Source: Eledone cirrhosa (lineage: Eukaryota). Taken from it: a stretch of DNA of 64,000 nt. Each line of letters begins with the position of its first letter. Position 1 is the first letter of the stretch. Location of the stretch: assembly GCA_964016885.1 (NCBI GenBank), contig OZ024743.1, positions 165,602,001 to 165,666,000 on the forward strand. The letters are read 5' to 3'. Position numbers and translations under genes: made by a program. Positions 59,246-64,000 of the stretch are shown one piece after another. Below the pieces are notes generated by a model. The model was not told the DNA's origin. It saw only the letters and a list, made by a program, of their open reading frames with translations, and made no database searches.

Positions 59246-60862
59246 TGTTAATGGGACGAAATTTTGCCGGTTATGTAACTCGGAAAAGAAGAATGTTGTT
59301 GTGCGAGAGTACGATGCCCCCTGGCGAGAATGGGCTGGACAACTACATATAAATAGTAGTGGCCTGAGTAAGTGGGCAAGTTCGTACTAGTTCCACAGTT
59401 CGTGTGTTGATAGTCGAAGCTGGAATTCAAGTTAACAGTTCGAGTTAGCGTGTTGGGTTGTTGGTTCTTAAAAGATTGTTGTTCCGTTACGTGTGGTTAT
59501 TGCCATTTTGTTTCGATTATATTGTTATTACACTGTTCCATAAGGATATAACATCTGGCAACGAAGACCGTTCGAAACTCGCATTGATTATTTGACAATT
59601 TCTGCGTCATGGAAAACCTATTAGCCGCAGTAGTACAGCTTCAAGAGAAGCAACAGGAACAACTACAGGAGTTGAAAAAACAAATACAACAACAACAACA
59701 ATTAATTGAGTTACAGTCGACGAAGTCCGAAAATCCAGTAAGCGCGTTCACGCCAGACGGCGTGGCTAACCCAATTTCTGAATTTACGTATAATCCGGAG
59801 GAGGGTATTACGTTTCCTGCGTATTATGGAATATACGAGGAAATTTTTAACAACGAATGCAAGTCATGGTCGGAGGAGCAGAAAGTAAGGCATTTACTAC
59901 GCAAGGTAGCTCCTGCCGAACATGAGAGTTACTGTAGCTTTATTCTGCCCAAAAATTAGAGTGAGATTGGTTTCCAAGAAACCGTGGAATTGCTTTCAAA
60001 ATGTTTTTGTGATAGTTCATTGTTTAACACCAGAATGAAGTGTTGGAACTTAACAAAAAACGAGGAGGAGGATTTTATCACCTACGCCGGAGTGCGAAAA
60101 TTTCAAACTCCAGGATTTCACTCAGGATATGTTCAAATCCCTTATCTTCGTGCAAGGACTTATAGTATCTGAAGATAGAGAAATTCGAACAAGGATTCTA
60201 CTCGAAAATGGAACAAGCAAATCAAGATTTATCATCGGGTTCATTTTTAGTGAAGAAAAATGCGAATTCTTTTTGCCCCAAATTAAGTACTTAGGGCAAA
60301 TAATTGATAAAAGTGGTAAACGTCCTGACTCGTCGAGAGAAGACGGAATAAGGAATATGCCTGCGCCGACAAATATTCCGGCCTTACAAGCATTTCTTGG
60401 GTTGGCAAACTATTATCAAAGCTACATTCCTAATATGTACAAGTTAAAAACTCCATTGAACGATTTATTAAAAAAAAGGAGTAAAGTGGAATTGGTCCAC
60501 TAAATGCCAGAACACTTTTGAAGAAATAAAAACAATTCTAATCTCAGACCTGTCGTTAGCACATTACGATCCCGAAAGGAACATCATTGTAGCGTCTGAT
60601 GCTTCCGAACACGTATTAAGAGCAGTTCTACTTCATAAATACGAAGACGGAAGTACAAAACCAGCGACCGAGAAGATATATGGTCAAATTGAAAAAGAGG
60701 CCCTAACAATTATTTTTGCAGTTAAAAAATTTCACAGGTTTCTGCATCGTAGAAGTGTTTTTATTGCAAACAGACCATAGACCTTTGCTGTCGATATATG
60801 GGTCTAAAAAAAGTTTACCGACTCATACTGTGAACCGCCTGCAACGTTGGGGTGTAATATTA
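59246..60862 (+). mobile_element. Internally deleted Gypsy (Mag/K02A2.6-like): LTR, PBS, gag, RT/RNase H pieces
   Basis: LTR ends TAACA at 59553, PBS TGGCAACGA; ISEFTYNPEEGITFPAYY; KCEFFLPQIKYLG, FLGLANYY, SDAS, QTDHRPL; LTR start approximate. Confidence 0.82.
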
Positions 60863-60863
60863 C

Positions 60864-61281
60864 TAAAATTAGGTATTAGGATTGGTGCTCTAAAATAGCG
60901 ATGTATACATGAATGTATGTATAGTATATTTGGCAATATACCGTATGTTATTTCAGAGCACCAATCCTAATACCTAATTTTTGCTGGATCGGCAATCGCT
61001 CTGTATAATCAGCTCCTGATTATTACTAGAATTCTATAAGAATCCAGCTTCTATAATTTTCGGCGAAAGAAAGGGAGTACGTGGCTCTGATGAACGTCAA
61101 CAGGCGTGAAACAGTCTGCTAGCTTCACTTCCTTCTTTCGCCGAAAAGAGTAAGTGACATAGTCACTACTTTAAAAATGGTAGCGTATGGTCTTCTAAAT
61201 GTTTTTAATTAAATATACGGAATATTGCCAAATATACTATACATACATTCATGTATACATCGCTATTTCAGAGCACCAATC

Positions 61282-61287
<6 letters not shown>
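60864..61287. repeat. Nested inverted repeats around a degenerate hammerhead-like core
   Basis: 60873-60946 mirrors 61214-61287; 60864-60896 mirrors 60949-60981; CTGATGA-ACGTC/GGCGT-GAAAC at 61087-61112. Confidence 0.7.
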
Positions 61288-61322
<35 letters not shown>

Positions 61323-61339
61323 AATTAAATAACTCTTTG

Positions 61340-61908
<569 letters not shown>

Positions 61909-61987
61909 TCATCAGGATATTAAAACTAGTTACACCAATACTCGATACTTGGGTTAGTAGAGTATGACTATGTACATATACATACAC

Positions 61988-62027
<40 letters not shown>

Positions 62028-63091
62028 GTGTGTGTGTATGTGTGTACATAATCATACTGTACTATCCCAAGTATCGAGTACTCTGTCGAATGATGGTATA
62101 AAGTTGCATTCATTAACATTTTATGTAAATATATATGTATAGTTCGTAGTTTCTACTAGAAAGAATTGATCGACCTACTTCCAGTGTTAATATTGAATTT
62201 CTGTTGATTTCAGGGCAGCGCAAGAATTCGGTGCTTGTATTCGGAGTTTAGGAGAATGTGAAGGAAGTGCCAAACATGTTATTGATAAAGTGATTAGAAA
62301 GATTATAAACTCCGGCTGTTCCATAGGAAGTGAGTCATAAATCTATATTAACAAGCTTCTCTCTTTCTCTCTCTCCCTCACACTCTCTCTTACTCTCTCT
62401 CTCTCTCTTTCCCCTTAGCCCTCTATTTCGCACTCTATTTTTCTATTATATAAACATGCATCTATTCATCTACCCCTCCCCACACAGACACACAGACACA
62501 GACACATACACACATGCATTCACCCCGCACCAACACATGTATATGTATGCGTGTGTGCGTATGCGTCTGTGTTTTGTGTATAAGTGTAGTCACAAATGAA
62601 AGAAAAGAGTAATCAACACATAACGTGGAAGTTGGGAGTATTTATATGAACAGTTAAACAATTTTTTCATAGACGTAAATATGTCTAATTTCTTCAGATG
62701 CTTGGAAGTAAAAATATACAATTAGCAGCATGTTATTAAGTGTTTCCATTGATTGATTCAGGTCCGAAATTGGCGTCGGAATGATGTTGGTATTTTTATG
62801 GTGTACATGTTTGTTGGAGGGTGGAGTCTGTTTCGCACATACACATCGATCAAGTGGTGTTCATATGATCTTTGTAAGATATCTGGAACCAGTGTTTGAA
62901 GGTTGCTAACAAGGCGTTTCTCCTGCGTCATGAAATGTTAAGTCAATTTCTTGTTGATGGATATCAGGGGTTGTTACCGTATATGTCTCATCTCTCTTTC
63001 GGACGTTAAGACTCTATTCCTATTATTTCAAGCGTTAAACTAATATATTATTTTGTTGTACTATGCTGCTTTCTTTGTTATTTCTGTTTAC

Positions 63092-63215
<124 letters not shown>

Positions 63216-63269
63216 CATATTATGGGAGCTGAAATAGCCCTCAGCCAGTAACAGATTTAGAGATAATTT

Positions 63270-64000
63270 ACTTGACGCCTATGACAGTAAAGAAGAACAG
63301 ATGGAGACATTCAATTTAGAAGAGCACTAGGAATTCCTAAAAAAAATAACCTACTAAAGTCAGACGAGATCTGTGGGTGGAGCAAGACTACAAGGAGAAA
63401 GAGAGTGACTTGGTGGTGGAACAATAAGGTAGATGAGGCAATTAAGACCAAGAGAAAGGCATGGAAACAATGGAACAACGGGGGAAGCAGCGTACATTAC
63501 ATAGAGACCAGGGAGGAAGCTAGACGACAAGTATACTTAGCAAGAAGGGAAGTGGAGGATAAAGAATTCAAGCATGTTTTGCAGCGTGAGGATCACAAAC
63601 AGGTGTTCAGGATTGCGTGGCAGTGTGTTACAGAAAATTGTGATGCCATTGGCGAGAGGTGTGTCCCGGATGATAAAGGTGCACTTGCCCTCGCAGGCGC
63701 CGAGAAGAAAGCTGCATGAAAGAGCCATTATGTAAGATTGCTAAATGAGGACAATGCATGGGAGAAAGAGACCCTACCTCAAGTGTACCCCATAGAGGGC
63801 CCTGCAGTACAAGTCAGCATCAGTGTAGTAAGTAAGGCAATTAAGGATATGAAGTCTAGGAAGGCAACTGGGCCATAACCATACGTATTTTAAACCAAGT
63901 AATATTAGATGGCGTCATACCAAATGATTGGCACAGCAGCATCATTGTCAACTGCTACAAGGGTAAAGAAGATGCACTAGATAGAAGAAACTATAGAGGT
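63270..64000 (+). mobile_element. RTE-clade LINE fragment (linker and RT start), runs off the window
   Basis: TWWWNNKVDEAIKTKRKAWKQW, MKSRKATGP, PNDWHSSIIVNCYKGKEDALDRRNYRG. Confidence 0.85.

Overview
Repeat-saturated eukaryotic DNA with no recognisable host protein-coding gene. The SINE and microsatellite content suggests a cephalopod, probably an octopus (inference). 1-19100 is a nested pile of non-LTR retrotransposons in (AAT)n: five R4/Dong-type (RT + restriction-like endonuclease) copies on +, interleaved with Tx1/L1-type (APE + RT) copies on -. The rest holds many copies of a tRNA-derived SINE, Helitron derivatives, a near-complete CsRn1-type Ty3/Gypsy element (31915-37575), a deleted Mag-like Gypsy, Naiad-type Penelope-like elements with hammerhead ribozymes and fold-back structures, RTE and Tc1/mariner relics, and a 27-bp GCGCATGCGC minisatellite. 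Best lead: the Tx1 LINE and the dominant SINE share a 3' end and an ATT-starting target site, suggesting a Tx1-driven LINE/SINE pair that shares AAT/ATT microsatellites with Dong in opposite orientation. All calls were made by eye; no searches were run.
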